Virus record (IMG/VR): IMGVR_UViG_3300027969_000040
Source of the DNA: a virus
Lineage: Duplodnaviria; Caudoviricetes
Strand: one strand, 5' to 3'
DNA length: 64,000 nt
Shown: positions 35,755 to 49,014 of the stretch, piece after piece
Numbering within the stretch: the first letter of the stretch is position 1
Layout: each line of letters opens with the position of its first letter
Program-made: the position numbers and the translations under genes
The notes under the pieces: generated by a model
The model's database searches: none
What the model saw: the letters and a program-made list of their open reading frames with translations, nothing else
Told to the model about the DNA's origin: nothing

Positions 35755-38391
35755 TTATACTCTTACATATTTCTTTGGTCTAGGATATACTCTTCCACTT
35801 CCACTTTCGTTATCAATTCTGATCCAATAGTTTTTCTTAGGATATACCATACCAGTCACTGGTCTTTCGTAAGGCATAAACAAATATCTATTATTTGCAC
35901 CTTGCAAGTGATGTTGATTTGACACCCAAGTCGGACTGGTACCAACAGTTGGGCTAAACATTTGACCAGTCTTACTGTGATAAGTTATATACTTTAATGC
36001 CTTTGCTGGGCTCATTCTTGGATATCTTTGTAACACACAAGCCAATACTCCTGTCACCTGTGGCGCGGCCATACTAGTACCTATATTTTTTCCAATGAAA
36101 TAACTGTTAGACCGTGCATCTACTGAAGTACCATTCCCTCCGCCGCCGATGTCTGACACTGAACTAATAATCCAGGTGCCCGGAGCAAACACATCAAGTC
36201 TAGGGCCTGTATTACTATAATAGGCTTTACGTTCCGTTCTATTTGCATCAACTGCTCCAACACAAATTGCTCCCAAGGACGCACCCGGTGCACACCCTCG
36301 GTTATAATTTAATTCAATTGCATATTGATTTAAATATCTAAAGTAGTAAACATTATTATAATCTAATCCACCAACCTTGTCGATATATTGACTTTCATTT
36401 CCGGCAGCGCCAACAACAATTATACCATCAGCAATCGCTTGCTGTACATCCGCAGTCTCGTCGGACCATAATATAGGTATGGTTGCTGTACCTGAATTAG
36501 CATATATACCTAAATTTGTTAATTGTGTTTGAGATAACGGTGTATCTGCTGTCCAGACACCAATCTTGCTTCCTCTGCGAGTTCCTTCAATGATAGGCCC
36601 TACCCCGCCGGTGGCGCTGGGGCTATGTGTTAAAGAGCTGCCATAACTACAATTACATATAGTAGGATTACGAAGTCCGGTAGCCGGATTTATTGGTTTA
36701 GAGTTATGAAATGCCCTGATGTAGTCCCATATAATTAATGAATCAATTGTACCCGACACCGGATCAATTTGATAAATGTTAGCATCGACAGCCCACCCTT
36801 GGCTATTACCTGCTACGGATCCTGCTGTATGTGCGCCGTGATTGGCATTACTTGCATCGGCTGCTTTTGCATACGAGTAAGATCCTGTCAATAAAGTAGC
36901 ACTGTCGTCATCTAAACTTGCTGCAATAGTATTTAATTGGTGCCAATCAAATTGAACACATCTAGAACCGCCGGTACCATCACGAACACGAGCAAACTCT
37001 GGGTGATTCGGAACTCCGGACATACCGTCTACTATAATAACATCAACGTGTTGCCCAGTGGGTTCTATCCTGACTGGTTTTATGTCACTAGCAGGTGGCG
37101 GCGGCGGATAATATGGTGGAGTAGGTGGCGGCGCAGGGCCAGGTGGCGGTGCCGGAGGATAATATGGTGGTGGTGCCGGTGGTGGAGCAGGCGGTGTGCC
37201 ATTATCACCAAATGGGCCAGGGGTAACTGTAATTAACGTTACATTGTTGTGATTAGTAATAGTACTAGATATTCCCGATACATCTGCAATTGCTTCTTTA
37301 ATCAGTAATACTGTACCAGTAATAGTATTCAATGGACTAGTTGGTACAGTAAAATTGCTGGTATATACTGGCGCAGATCTGGTGACTCTTACATTAGTTA
37401 TCTGCCCTTTAAAAGGATCTTCGCTTAAAAAGTCACTACCGCCAATCATAAATGGCAATGGGGTTTGTATATAATTTACTCCTGTTACGTTTTTTCTTAA
37501 TACTGACACACCATTTAAATAAATGTCTAACGAATTTCCATTTCTAACCGCTGCAACATGATACCATTGAGCGTTAACAATGTTCTCGGGTATTTGATAT
37601 ATGTCGGGACTGGAAATATTCCACTCTGTGCCGTTTGATGACGATGCTACTAGTAATTTTCCCGACTGTGTTCCTATACTAATTGGGGCATATTGACCTA
37701 CGTTTGTAGGGCTGCCATTGGTGGCTCTTAGTCCTATAATCTGAGCATACGAGGTTCTTGTTACTGTTTGTCTAAACCAACATTCCATACACCAGTTGCT
37801 TGTACCTAGTGCGACATTCATCGATGGAGATACACACTTTAACCATTGGTTAGCAGTCCCAGCAAAAGATAGTGCCGATATAAATGACGAACTAATTCTG
37901 TTACCTGGATTTGTAACTGATGTAGTATTAGCAATGCTGTAAGCACCTGTGTTTACTAATCCTCCTGTTGCATTATCGTCACCCCAATTTGATATTTGTG
38001 TTCCTAATGTACACCTTAATAACGCCCAGTTTGTAGATAAACTATCGATTGCTGTAGGGTAACCGCGTTTATCATAATTAGATCCAGAATTGGTTACTCC
38101 TGTTAGTATCCGTGTTAACTTTTTACTTTGACGGATTAAATTTGCCGGATTAACTGCCACGACCCTAGGGTCCGATCTTAACAAATTAATTTCTTCTACT
38201 GTTAACATATAATGAGTATTTACGCTCATAGGTCTGCGCATATACACTGGAACTTGCCTATCAGGAATATACAAATCGCCGCCAGGCGTTTCCATATCAT
38301 CATAGAATGACTCTAATAGTTCCATTGATTTCAATGTAACTACACACTCCATTAATTCAATTGATATAGGATCAGTTGACAGCATTTCCAT
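35755..38391 (-). CDS. Subtilisin-family (S8) serine protease with inserted LamG/concanavalin-like domain and polyproline linker
   Basis: Catalytic triad contexts VDVIIVDG, NHGAHTAGSVAG and GTSMAAPQVTG; LamG pattern WYHVAAVR...IYLNG and FKGQITNVRV. Confidence 0.88.
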   Translation of the reverse strand: MEMLSTDPISIELMECVVTLKSMELLESFYDDMETPGGDLYIPDRQVPVYMRRPMSVNTHYMLTVEEINLLRSDPRVVAVNPANLIRQSKKLTRILTGVTNSGSNYDKRGYPTAIDSLSTNWALLRCTLGTQISNWGDDNATGGLVNTGAYSIANTTSVTNPGNRISSSFISALSFAGTANQWLKCVSPSMNVALGTSNWCMECWFRQTVTRTSYAQIIGLRATNGSPTNVGQYAPISIGTQSGKLLVASSSNGTEWNISSPDIYQIPENIVNAQWYHVAAVRNGNSLDIYLNGVSVLRKNVTGVNYIQTPLPFMIGGSDFLSEDPFKGQITNVRVTRSAPVYTSNFTVPTSPLNTITGTVLLIKEAIADVSGISSTITNHNNVTLITVTPGPFGDNGTPPAPPPAPPPYYPPAPPPGPAPPPTPPYYPPPPPASDIKPVRIEPTGQHVDVIIVDGMSGVPNHPEFARVRDGTGGSRCVQFDWHQLNTIAASLDDDSATLLTGSYSYAKAADASNANHGAHTAGSVAGNSQGWAVDANIYQIDPVSGTIDSLIIWDYIRAFHNSKPINPATGLRNPTICNCSYGSSLTHSPSATGGVGPIIEGTRRGSKIGVWTADTPLSQTQLTNLGIYANSGTATIPILWSDETADVQQAIADGIIVVGAAGNESQYIDKVGGLDYNNVYYFRYLNQYAIELNYNRGCAPGASLGAICVGAVDANRTERKAYYSNTGPRLDVFAPGTWIISSVSDIGGGGNGTSVDARSNSYFIGKNIGTSMAAPQVTGVLACVLQRYPRMSPAKALKYITYHSKTGQMFSPTVGTSPTWVSNQHHLQGANNRYLFMPYERPVTGMVYPKKNYWIRIDNESGSGRVYPRPKKYVRV

Positions 38392-38392
38392 A

Positions 38393-39637
38393 TTATTGCT
38401 CCGTTTTAACTAGTGTTAGTGTAACAGTAACATTAGCAGTTTGTCCACTTAAATTAGTTAACGATACTGGTATTATGTTGGTTACAGGACTTTCGTCGTT
38501 ATATCCTAAAACTGCCGGGCTTAGTACAACAGTTTGAGATCCTGTGGTAATAACCTCTAATATTACGCCAGCGTCTGACAAGGGATCAGATGTCATACCT
38601 CTGGCAGAGTCGGCCGTCCTGGCTGCTACGTTTGTGTAGAGTCTAACCCATGCTGCTGCACTTACATTTATTTTATATAAATTATATCCTTTAAATCCAT
38701 TTATATTAAATGTAGTTGTTGCGTTATTCAAAACGCTTGGACTAGTAGTAGTAATACTTGTTCTTGATACTAATCCCGACGGACCAGTTTCTCCAGTTGC
38801 TCCAGTACCACCCGGCCCTGTTGGACCAGTTGGTCCGGTTGCACCTGCACCAGTTGCACCCGCTGGACCTGTTGCACCAGTATCGCCCATTGCTCCAGTT
38901 TCTCCAGTTGCTCCAGTTGCTCCGCCCGGATCTCCGGTGTCGCCAATCGGACCAGTCGGACCAGTTGCTCCTGAACCTGTTGCACCAATGGGACCTGTTG
39001 CTCCGGTGGCCCCAGTAGTACCAGTTAATCCAGTTGCTCCTGAACCTGTTGCACCAATGGGACCTGTTGCTCCGTTGTTACCTGTTACACCTGTACTACC
39101 TGTTAATCCGGTAGCGCCTATCCCTGTAGCACCTGTTGCTCCGGTCTCACCTGCACCAGTTGCACCAGTTGCGCCACCGGGAGATCCAGTGGCACCTTTA
39201 AGACCAGTAGCACCAACAAGGCCGGCTGGCCCAACGGCTCCAGTTGCACCTTTTGGACCAACTGCACCCGGAGTTCCTGCATCGCCTGTGAGTCCTGCTG
39301 GGCCGGCCGGCCCGGTTAGTCCAGTTAAGCCTCTTATACCAGTAGCACCCATCGCGCCAGCTGGCCCGGTTAGTCCAGCTGTTCCAGCATTTCCTCTGCT
39401 GCCTACATATCCCAATGTTCCGGCTAATCCAGCATTTCCTCTGCTGCCTACATATCCGATGCTGCCTACATAGCCAGCTGTTCCAGCATTTCCTCTGCTG
39501 CCTACATATCCAGAATTACTAATAGTAATTCTGGCAGTGTTAGTTCCTGTTCCAATATATGGTTTTGTTATAGCAACGCCGTTACCATAAAACTCCACAA
39601 ACGTTACATCAGGGTAGCCAATTATTTGAATGGACAT
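38393..39637 (-). CDS. Collagen-like virion protein
   Basis: About 250 aa of Gly-X-Y repeats (GAT/GPT/GLT) plus a globular C-terminal domain. Confidence 0.85.
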   Translation of the reverse strand: MSIQIIGYPDVTFVEFYGNGVAITKPYIGTGTNTARITISNSGYVGSRGNAGTAGYVGSIGYVGSRGNAGLAGTLGYVGSRGNAGTAGLTGPAGAMGATGIRGLTGLTGPAGPAGLTGDAGTPGAVGPKGATGAVGPAGLVGATGLKGATGSPGGATGATGAGETGATGATGIGATGLTGSTGVTGNNGATGPIGATGSGATGLTGTTGATGATGPIGATGSGATGPTGPIGDTGDPGGATGATGETGAMGDTGATGPAGATGAGATGPTGPTGPGGTGATGETGPSGLVSRTSITTTSPSVLNNATTTFNINGFKGYNLYKINVSAAAWVRLYTNVAARTADSARGMTSDPLSDAGVILEVITTGSQTVVLSPAVLGYNDESPVTNIIPVSLTNLSGQTANVTVTLTLVKTEQ

Positions 39638-39655
39638 AATATTTTTCCTTTATAT

Positions 39656-40186
39656 TTATTCGTTATTAGCTGATCTTAATGGATACAGCGGCCATGATAC
39701 TTCTTTGGTCGGAGTCATTGGATCATAAGTTTTAGTCATATCTCTGAGTTGCTGTCTATAATTTAATACATCTTTGATTTGATCAGATGTTAATGATTTT
39801 GGCATTCCTAATATAGATTCTTCGTTGTGACGTAAAACAACCCAATCGCAGCCAGATAATCTACTATCTCTTTCCATTTCCATAGTAATTACAAATTCTG
39901 TTTTTTTAGATCTAATCTTAGCTGCTTCGGCTAGTGCGGTTAAATTATTTTTAAGCCAGGCTATCTCAATTGATGATTCGCCATTTTCGTTTAGTCCACC
40001 TGGCCGTTCAATATGAAATATATTTCGGTCTGGTTCAAAACTTAATATTCTTACTGTTTCTTCAAAAGGAAAGTTTGTAGAAGTTATAAAATCGTCCGAA
40101 TTGTCCCAATAGCCATGATTCTTTTTAATTTTAATACTAAAATTTTGGTTGTAGAAATCCATGCTTATATATGTATAATCCATCAT
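39656..40186 (-). CDS. Tail fibre assembly chaperone-like protein
   Basis: ERDSRL..CDW.VL...YRQQLRD....WP motif. Confidence 0.75.
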   Translation of the reverse strand: MMDYTYISMDFYNQNFSIKIKKNHGYWDNSDDFITSTNFPFEETVRILSFEPDRNIFHIERPGGLNENGESSIEIAWLKNNLTALAEAAKIRSKKTEFVITMEMERDSRLSGCDWVVLRHNEESILGMPKSLTSDQIKDVLNYRQQLRDMTKTYDPMTPTKEVSWPLYPLRSANNE

Positions 40187-40207
40187 TTAATGTTTCCTTT
40201 ATTGTAT

Positions 40208-41452
40208 TTAATATCCAGCACCATATTTTGCACCGCCGCCATTGAGTTTGCCTTTATATTGTATGAATGCAAATTTATATGTTGCTGGGTGAAAAGACCG
40301 TACACTACCGGTTAATGTGTGAGTATGATTCCAATCAAATTGAGAATGTCTTGCGCTTGCAAAACCGGGTCCACCACTCTGTCCAAGATTGTGATCATGT
40401 CCCGATCCACCAACTCCTACATATGGATCACCAGCAAATCTTGGAGCTGTTATTCCTGCCCCACTTGCTGCACTAATATTAATTTGTAAATATGAATTTG
40501 CCGTTTGTGGTACCATCCACCCATTCCCACCCGAAAACCCTATTACATTTTCACCAACGTTTATAGTTCCATTTGTCCCATCACATAGATACCAATCTGT
40601 TGGCAGTTTCAGTATATCTCCGATGTACATTACTACAGTGTCTATAGGAGTCAATCTTGCTTGAAGTACTTTCCATGCATTTAACAGCATTGCACCCTGG
40701 TATGGAAACTTTGTCGGACTACCAATTGAACTTTGGGTATGCGTGGCACCAACTAAATGCTTATGGTTGCCTGCATACGCATAATTATACCCAACTCCGG
40801 TGGTAGCGCGGTCATACCCACCTACTCCAGAGTGGGTGTGTCCACTTCCAACTTCGCCAGTTGCAGTATTTAACATTTGTACCTGGTTTCCTTGTACTGC
40901 TGCAACATTTCCACGATATGCTCCGACTATATAAGTTCCGGTGCTACCAAAACTTACTAATCCTTCGTCACTTGTTTCTTTAAATAACAATGCTCCTTCT
41001 GGCAATCTTTTAATTCTTCTACTGGCTCTAATATAGGTAACGTTCTGAGTATTCATTGATATTTTTGGTAACTGAGATTGTTCTAAACCAAACCCAACAT
41101 TATGTGTATGACTACCACCAATGCCATCTAATATAACGGCATTTTGTCCTTTTTGTTGTGAATAGGTAGCATCAGTTAAAAAAGTGATATCGCCGCTATG
41201 CTCACCTGCGTTACCGGTTGCATAGTCTAAAGTAACTTGGTTTCGTATTTCAAGAGTGGTTTTACCTATTTGTGATGCAGTGGTAGTAGATGCAAGATAA
41301 TATCCGTTAGCATCGGCATATTGTGTCCAACCTATATTTGCCAAGGTAGCAGCATTGCCTAAAAATGGAACAACTACATCTTTGGGTATAATAACCTGAG
41401 AAGGAACATTACCTGTCCTATAATGATATGCTTGACTAGTTTGAAACGGCAT
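40208..41452 (-). CDS. Tail-collar-like/short tail fibre protein
   Basis: VVMYIG...LPTDWYLCDGTNGT, repeated G.H.H motifs. Confidence 0.7.
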   Translation of the reverse strand: MPFQTSQAYHYRTGNVPSQVIIPKDVVVPFLGNAATLANIGWTQYADANGYYLASTTTASQIGKTTLEIRNQVTLDYATGNAGEHSGDITFLTDATYSQQKGQNAVILDGIGGSHTHNVGFGLEQSQLPKISMNTQNVTYIRASRRIKRLPEGALLFKETSDEGLVSFGSTGTYIVGAYRGNVAAVQGNQVQMLNTATGEVGSGHTHSGVGGYDRATTGVGYNYAYAGNHKHLVGATHTQSSIGSPTKFPYQGAMLLNAWKVLQARLTPIDTVVMYIGDILKLPTDWYLCDGTNGTINVGENVIGFSGGNGWMVPQTANSYLQINISAASGAGITAPRFAGDPYVGVGGSGHDHNLGQSGGPGFASARHSQFDWNHTHTLTGSVRSFHPATYKFAFIQYKGKLNGGGAKYGAGY

Positions 41453-41455
41453 GTT

Positions 41456-42418
41456 TTATGCTTCAATTCCATATGTGGCGCATTGACCCGTTACTACCCA
41501 AATTTCAGGGTTGGGTGCGCCACCAAGTTGCAAACAGCAAAAAGTAAATACGTCTAATCTATTAGCATCACCAACTGGCACTGTGCTATTTAACCATCTA
41601 ACCTGATGTGATGTTGTACCTATTTTTATATTAGGAGTAATAGTATGCGGACTTGAATTTTGTTGAACTGTTAAAACAAATACAATACTCTGACCAAATC
41701 CAGTTCCTAGTGCTGCATCCAATGGTGGCAACGACATAAATTTTGGAGTTAGGTCCCCCGATAACCCGTTTATGTAATAGTTGGTAAAAGTGGTATCATA
41801 TGTAAACGTATATTCGCCACCGATATTTGTATGTTTTTTTGTTAGTTCTGAATAAGTCCAAAATCCTGTATCACCGGTGGCCCCAGTTGCTCCACCTGGA
41901 TCGCCAGTGGGTCCAAGCGGACCAGTGTCGCCGGTGGGTCCTGTGGCTCCCATTTCACCTTGCGGTCCACCTGTTCCGGTGGCGCCCTGCTTAGAAGCAA
42001 ATCCTGGTAATCCTGTGGCTCCTCTTGGGCCAAGTGCGCCAGTCCTAGTAGGTCCGGTGGCGCCTGTTAGTCCAGTGGCTCCTTGCACTCCAGTAGCACC
42101 TACTGGGCCAATTGGGCCAGTAGATCCCTGCCTGCCACTTTCTCCGGTTGCCCCGGGCAATCCGACATCGCCAGCATAACCAGTGGCTCCTTGCGGACCG
42201 TGTGGTCCAGTTGCACCTATTTGTACATTATTATTAATAGTTCTACCAACAAATGCAGCAGAATTGTTAAACCAGTATACTCCATCTATGGTATAGATTC
42301 TTCTGGCTATTAAGCTACCGTCAATAGCAGCGCCACCTGCAACTACTAATGCGCCGGTGGTAGTACTTTGTGTTGGTTGTGTATTACTAGTTACAATTCG
42401 ATCCGTATATATAGGCAT
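41456..42418 (-). CDS. Collagen-like virion protein
   Basis: Gly-X-Y block of about 115 aa; C-terminal LTVQQ..W..G..P....N..DVFTF domain. Confidence 0.85.
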   Translation of the reverse strand: MPIYTDRIVTSNTQPTQSTTTGALVVAGGAAIDGSLIARRIYTIDGVYWFNNSAAFVGRTINNNVQIGATGPHGPQGATGYAGDVGLPGATGESGRQGSTGPIGPVGATGVQGATGLTGATGPTRTGALGPRGATGLPGFASKQGATGTGGPQGEMGATGPTGDTGPLGPTGDPGGATGATGDTGFWTYSELTKKHTNIGGEYTFTYDTTFTNYYINGLSGDLTPKFMSLPPLDAALGTGFGQSIVFVLTVQQNSSPHTITPNIKIGTTSHQVRWLNSTVPVGDANRLDVFTFCCLQLGGAPNPEIWVVTGQCATYGIEA

Positions 42419-42450
42419 CTTTTTCTCTCCAATTTATTTATATTTATCGG

Positions 42451-43034
42451 TTATGCGATATTGGTATCCAACCAACCAACTCCGTTAAATACGTTGTAAG
42501 TTAATCTGGCTAATCCAGTTCCGTTACTTGATCCCGATTGGGTAACCAACGTTATGCGTTTTGTTGTTGATGTTATTGCTTTTGATTGTGCAGCAGTGGG
42601 ATTAGTCCAACCATATCCCGATTTCACTAAGGCGCCACCTTTGTATAAAACTAAAGCTAATGCAACAGGTTGCACACCAATTGATCCATACCAAAAACAT
42701 CTGAAATCTATAATTAAGGTATTACTAGTAGATCCGTATGTATTTTTAAACAATGCCACATCGATTGCCACCGATTCTAGCCCGGTTCCGGTGTTATCAC
42801 CTCCCCATATCAATACTCCCCCTGAGTTTCCGGATCTCGCCCAACCTATATAATCTGTCATTATTGCAGGACTTGTTATTTTTGTTCTTGTATCTAAATC
42901 TCTACCGTCGGTAAATGTATAAGTTGCAACCAACCACTCAGACGTATATACAATAGGAGTAATTCCGGGACCAGTAGGAATTGATGCAATTCCGGCGGCC
43001 CCGTTCCATAAAGCATGATGATGCATTTTAGGCA

Positions 43035-43035
<1 letters not shown>
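42451..43035 (-). CDS. Hypothetical protein in the tail cluster
   Basis: 194-aa beta-rich ORF. Confidence 0.75.
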
Positions 43036-46577
<3,542 letters not shown>

Positions 46578-46648
46578 AATAAGATCCTCAATATTGTTAT
46601 ATTTATGGATCTTAGCATATAGGTTAAATCAACCTATAATAAAAATTA

Positions 46649-46855
46649 TTACTTTTCGGGCAAATACATCTTTTTACTGCATATTTTGCACTCTTGCCAC
46701 TTCTCTAATTGCCCATTTACTGTGGCATGTTTGGGTGCAAGTTCTTCGTGCGGGCATTGAGCAAGTAATTCTACCACTTCTTTGTGATATTTGTTAGCCA
46801 ATTTAACTTTACGAGAAATATCTCGTTTGAGTTTTTTGTATTCGGGGGTGGTCAT
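46649..46855 (-). CDS. Small Cys-containing hypothetical protein
   Basis: 68 aa; CPH..CKIC. Confidence 0.65.
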   Translation of the reverse strand: MTTPEYKKLKRDISRKVKLANKYHKEVVELLAQCPHEELAPKHATVNGQLEKWQECKICSKKMYLPEK

Positions 46856-47091
46856 ACTATACGGCCGGTGACTTGATAAATCAAATTATCTAAAATCTGT
46901 TGGTAATCTTTACCGTTTCGGCGAAGCATCCAAATTTGTTCTACTAGTTCTTTACTATCATATGGCCCTGGGCCGGTGCGCGAAGATAATGCTCCACGAT
47001 CTTCTAATTCTTCAAGTAAATCTTCAGTATCAAAATCTGTCAGATCAACTTCTACTTCAACTTCTGTATATACACTTTTATATTTGCTCAT
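46852..47091 (-). CDS. Small acidic hypothetical protein
   Basis: 79 aa; ATGA coupling. Confidence 0.7.
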   Translation of the reverse strand: MSKYKSVYTEVEVEVDLTDFDTEDLLEELEDRGALSSRTGPGPYDSKELVEQIWMLRRNGKDYQQILDNLIYQVTGRIV

Positions 47092-47273
47092 ATTGAATCT
47101 TCTTTCTTATTAAAAACTCTGTCAATGGCTTGATCAATCCATCCTGTAAAAGCTATGACCCAGGCTGATACTTCGTGATCATTCCAATGTACATAAATCA
47201 TAAATCCACACAATAAAGTGAGCATAATTGAAACATATTTGAATATTTTATACATGTTGATACATCCTATCAA
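47088..47273 (-). CDS. Small membrane protein
   Basis: 61 aa with one or two TMs; start may be an internal Met. Confidence 0.6.
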   Translation of the reverse strand: MIGCINMYKIFKYVSIMLTLLCGFMIYVHWNDHEVSAWVIAFTGWIDQAIDRVFNKKEDSI

Positions 47274-47279
47274 ATTATA

Positions 47280-47308
47280 ATTATAGACTAAAACTAAGAT
47301 AAAGTCAA
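47280..47308 (-). promoter_or_regulatory. sigma70 promoter TTGACT-N17-TATAAT
   Basis: Read from the sequence. Confidence 0.85.
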
Positions 47309-47338
47309 AAGAAAAGGTAACCTAAGTTACCTTTTTTG
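47307..47338. terminator. Intrinsic terminator downstream of the porin
   Basis: AAAAGGTAAC-CTAA-GTTACCTTTT. Confidence 0.85.
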
Positions 47339-47357
47339 ATAGATCAATCTACTCGGA

Positions 47358-48239
47358 TCAGAAATTGTGTTCCATTCCTAAACCAAATTTGGTTGTTGTA
47401 GATGCTGTATCTTCCTTGACATAACGAGCATGAATCATAGTACGCTTGCTTAGGTTATAAGTAGCACCCAGGTCATAAGCCTTAGCACCAGATTTTTCAC
47501 CATAGCTAGCAAGAGCCACAAATGAACCTACTGGATGACTAACACCAATTGTTTTACCAGTTGATGTTACGCCTACAACTTTGTCATCTGAGTATAAACC
47601 AAATACGGTAGTACCTGTTTTAGCAATGCTATATCTTGCACCAGCAATGGTTGTGGTGCTTGTCGTACCGTTATCAAAATATGCTACAGTAGCAGCCATT
47701 GAACCGCGAATGAATTCAATACTACCTGCTTGTGCATTAGTAACACCTGCTGCTTCGCTGTTGCTATTTTGATAGTTAACAGACAAACCAGGCATGACTG
47801 TTGCAGAAACAAACAGTGCATTTTGTAAACGTGAACCTTGAGCAGTATGGATAGTAGTTACACTAGAGCCATATACATTAGCCATTGCGTCATAGTTATC
47901 AAGTGTACGTGCAATAGCATGTTTATCACGGCCAAGACTAACTGAACCCATGGCATTTGATACACCTACTAGAGCAGTTCTATCACCTAGTGTAGTTGCT
48001 GCTGGAGCATCTGTGCCAATACCAGTTTCGATTGTAAAGTTAGCAGATAGTCCGCCACTTAGTGCTTCAGTGCCTTTGAATCCCAAACGGCTTGAATCGT
48101 TGGTTAATGCTGTCACTGCGTCTGCAGATCCGACTTTAGTTGATTCTTCGTAGACCCGTAGTTTACCGTAAACGGTGACCTGTGCGGATGCTACAACTGA
48201 TGCAGCGGCTATCATTGCCGCAATTGCGATTTTCTTCAT
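47358..48239 (-). CDS. Gram-negative general porin (betaproteobacterial/Neisseria-type)
   Basis: Signal peptide MKKIAIAAMIAAASVVASA; VTVYGKL, SRLGFKGTEAL.GGLSA.F..ETG; C-terminal G.EH.F. Confidence 0.9.
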   Translation of the reverse strand: MKKIAIAAMIAAASVVASAQVTVYGKLRVYEESTKVGSADAVTALTNDSSRLGFKGTEALSGGLSANFTIETGIGTDAPAATTLGDRTALVGVSNAMGSVSLGRDKHAIARTLDNYDAMANVYGSSVTTIHTAQGSRLQNALFVSATVMPGLSVNYQNSNSEAAGVTNAQAGSIEFIRGSMAATVAYFDNGTTSTTTIAGARYSIAKTGTTVFGLYSDDKVVGVTSTGKTIGVSHPVGSFVALASYGEKSGAKAYDLGATYNLSKRTMIHARYVKEDTASTTTKFGLGMEHNF

Positions 48240-48371
48240 ATTTAATTTCCTTTTGTTAATCAATCTTGCGGATGCAAGATCTTAAGCACATTTTACTGTA
48301 CTAGTAGTATTTAAGCAAATAATAGTTTTCCAAAAGAAAATATTTGATACTTTTGGTATTATATATAGCTT

Positions 48372-49013
48372 TTACTTGTTAGCCAATGGATTATCGATGG
48401 CTTTTTGGATTTTAGTGTCAAGTTCTTTCTTCAAAGTTTCCACATCTTTGGTAACTTCTTTCTTCAACGCCTGTGTTTCTGCACTGACTTCTCTACGTGC
48501 CAAGGCCATTTCAGCACGAACAGCATTGGCCTCTGCACGGGCTTTGTCCAAATCTTCTCTAACACCTTTACGCATTTCACGCATTTCCCCTTCGGAATCA
48601 CGCTGCGCTGCTTTAACAAAACGTTCAACTTGCTCAGTGACTGATTCGTTTCTACGTAGGTCACTCTTTAGGTCATTCTTAATATCACGGGTGTATCCAT
48701 TTGCCTCTGTAACTGAATCTTCGGCTTTTTTAATCTTTTGATCAAGTATGGATATACGTTTATCAAACTCAGTTAAGTCTGGTGCTGAATATTCAGATAT
48801 CTTTTTCTTCATGCCCACGTAGTCTTTATAAACTTCAAAGGCTCCATACAGTCCACCCAGTAATGATGATACCAATGTAAACGCTACCATTAGTTTAGCA
48901 GGAGTAAATTCATATCCACCAATACTGATTACTGTATCTTTACTGGCATATTGTTTTACTGCCGCTTCTGCTTCATCAATCTTGGCATTGACGTCTTTAA
49001 TTTCTTCTGTCAT
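48372..49013 (-). CDS. Membrane-anchored coiled-coil protein
   Basis: Start at 49013; one TM followed by a long coiled coil ending AIDNPLANK. Confidence 0.8.
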   Translation of the reverse strand: MTEEIKDVNAKIDEAEAAVKQYASKDTVISIGGYEFTPAKLMVAFTLVSSLLGGLYGAFEVYKDYVGMKKKISEYSAPDLTEFDKRISILDQKIKKAEDSVTEANGYTRDIKNDLKSDLRRNESVTEQVERFVKAAQRDSEGEMREMRKGVREDLDKARAEANAVRAEMALARREVSAETQALKKEVTKDVETLKKELDTKIQKAIDNPLANK

Positions 49014-49014
49014 T

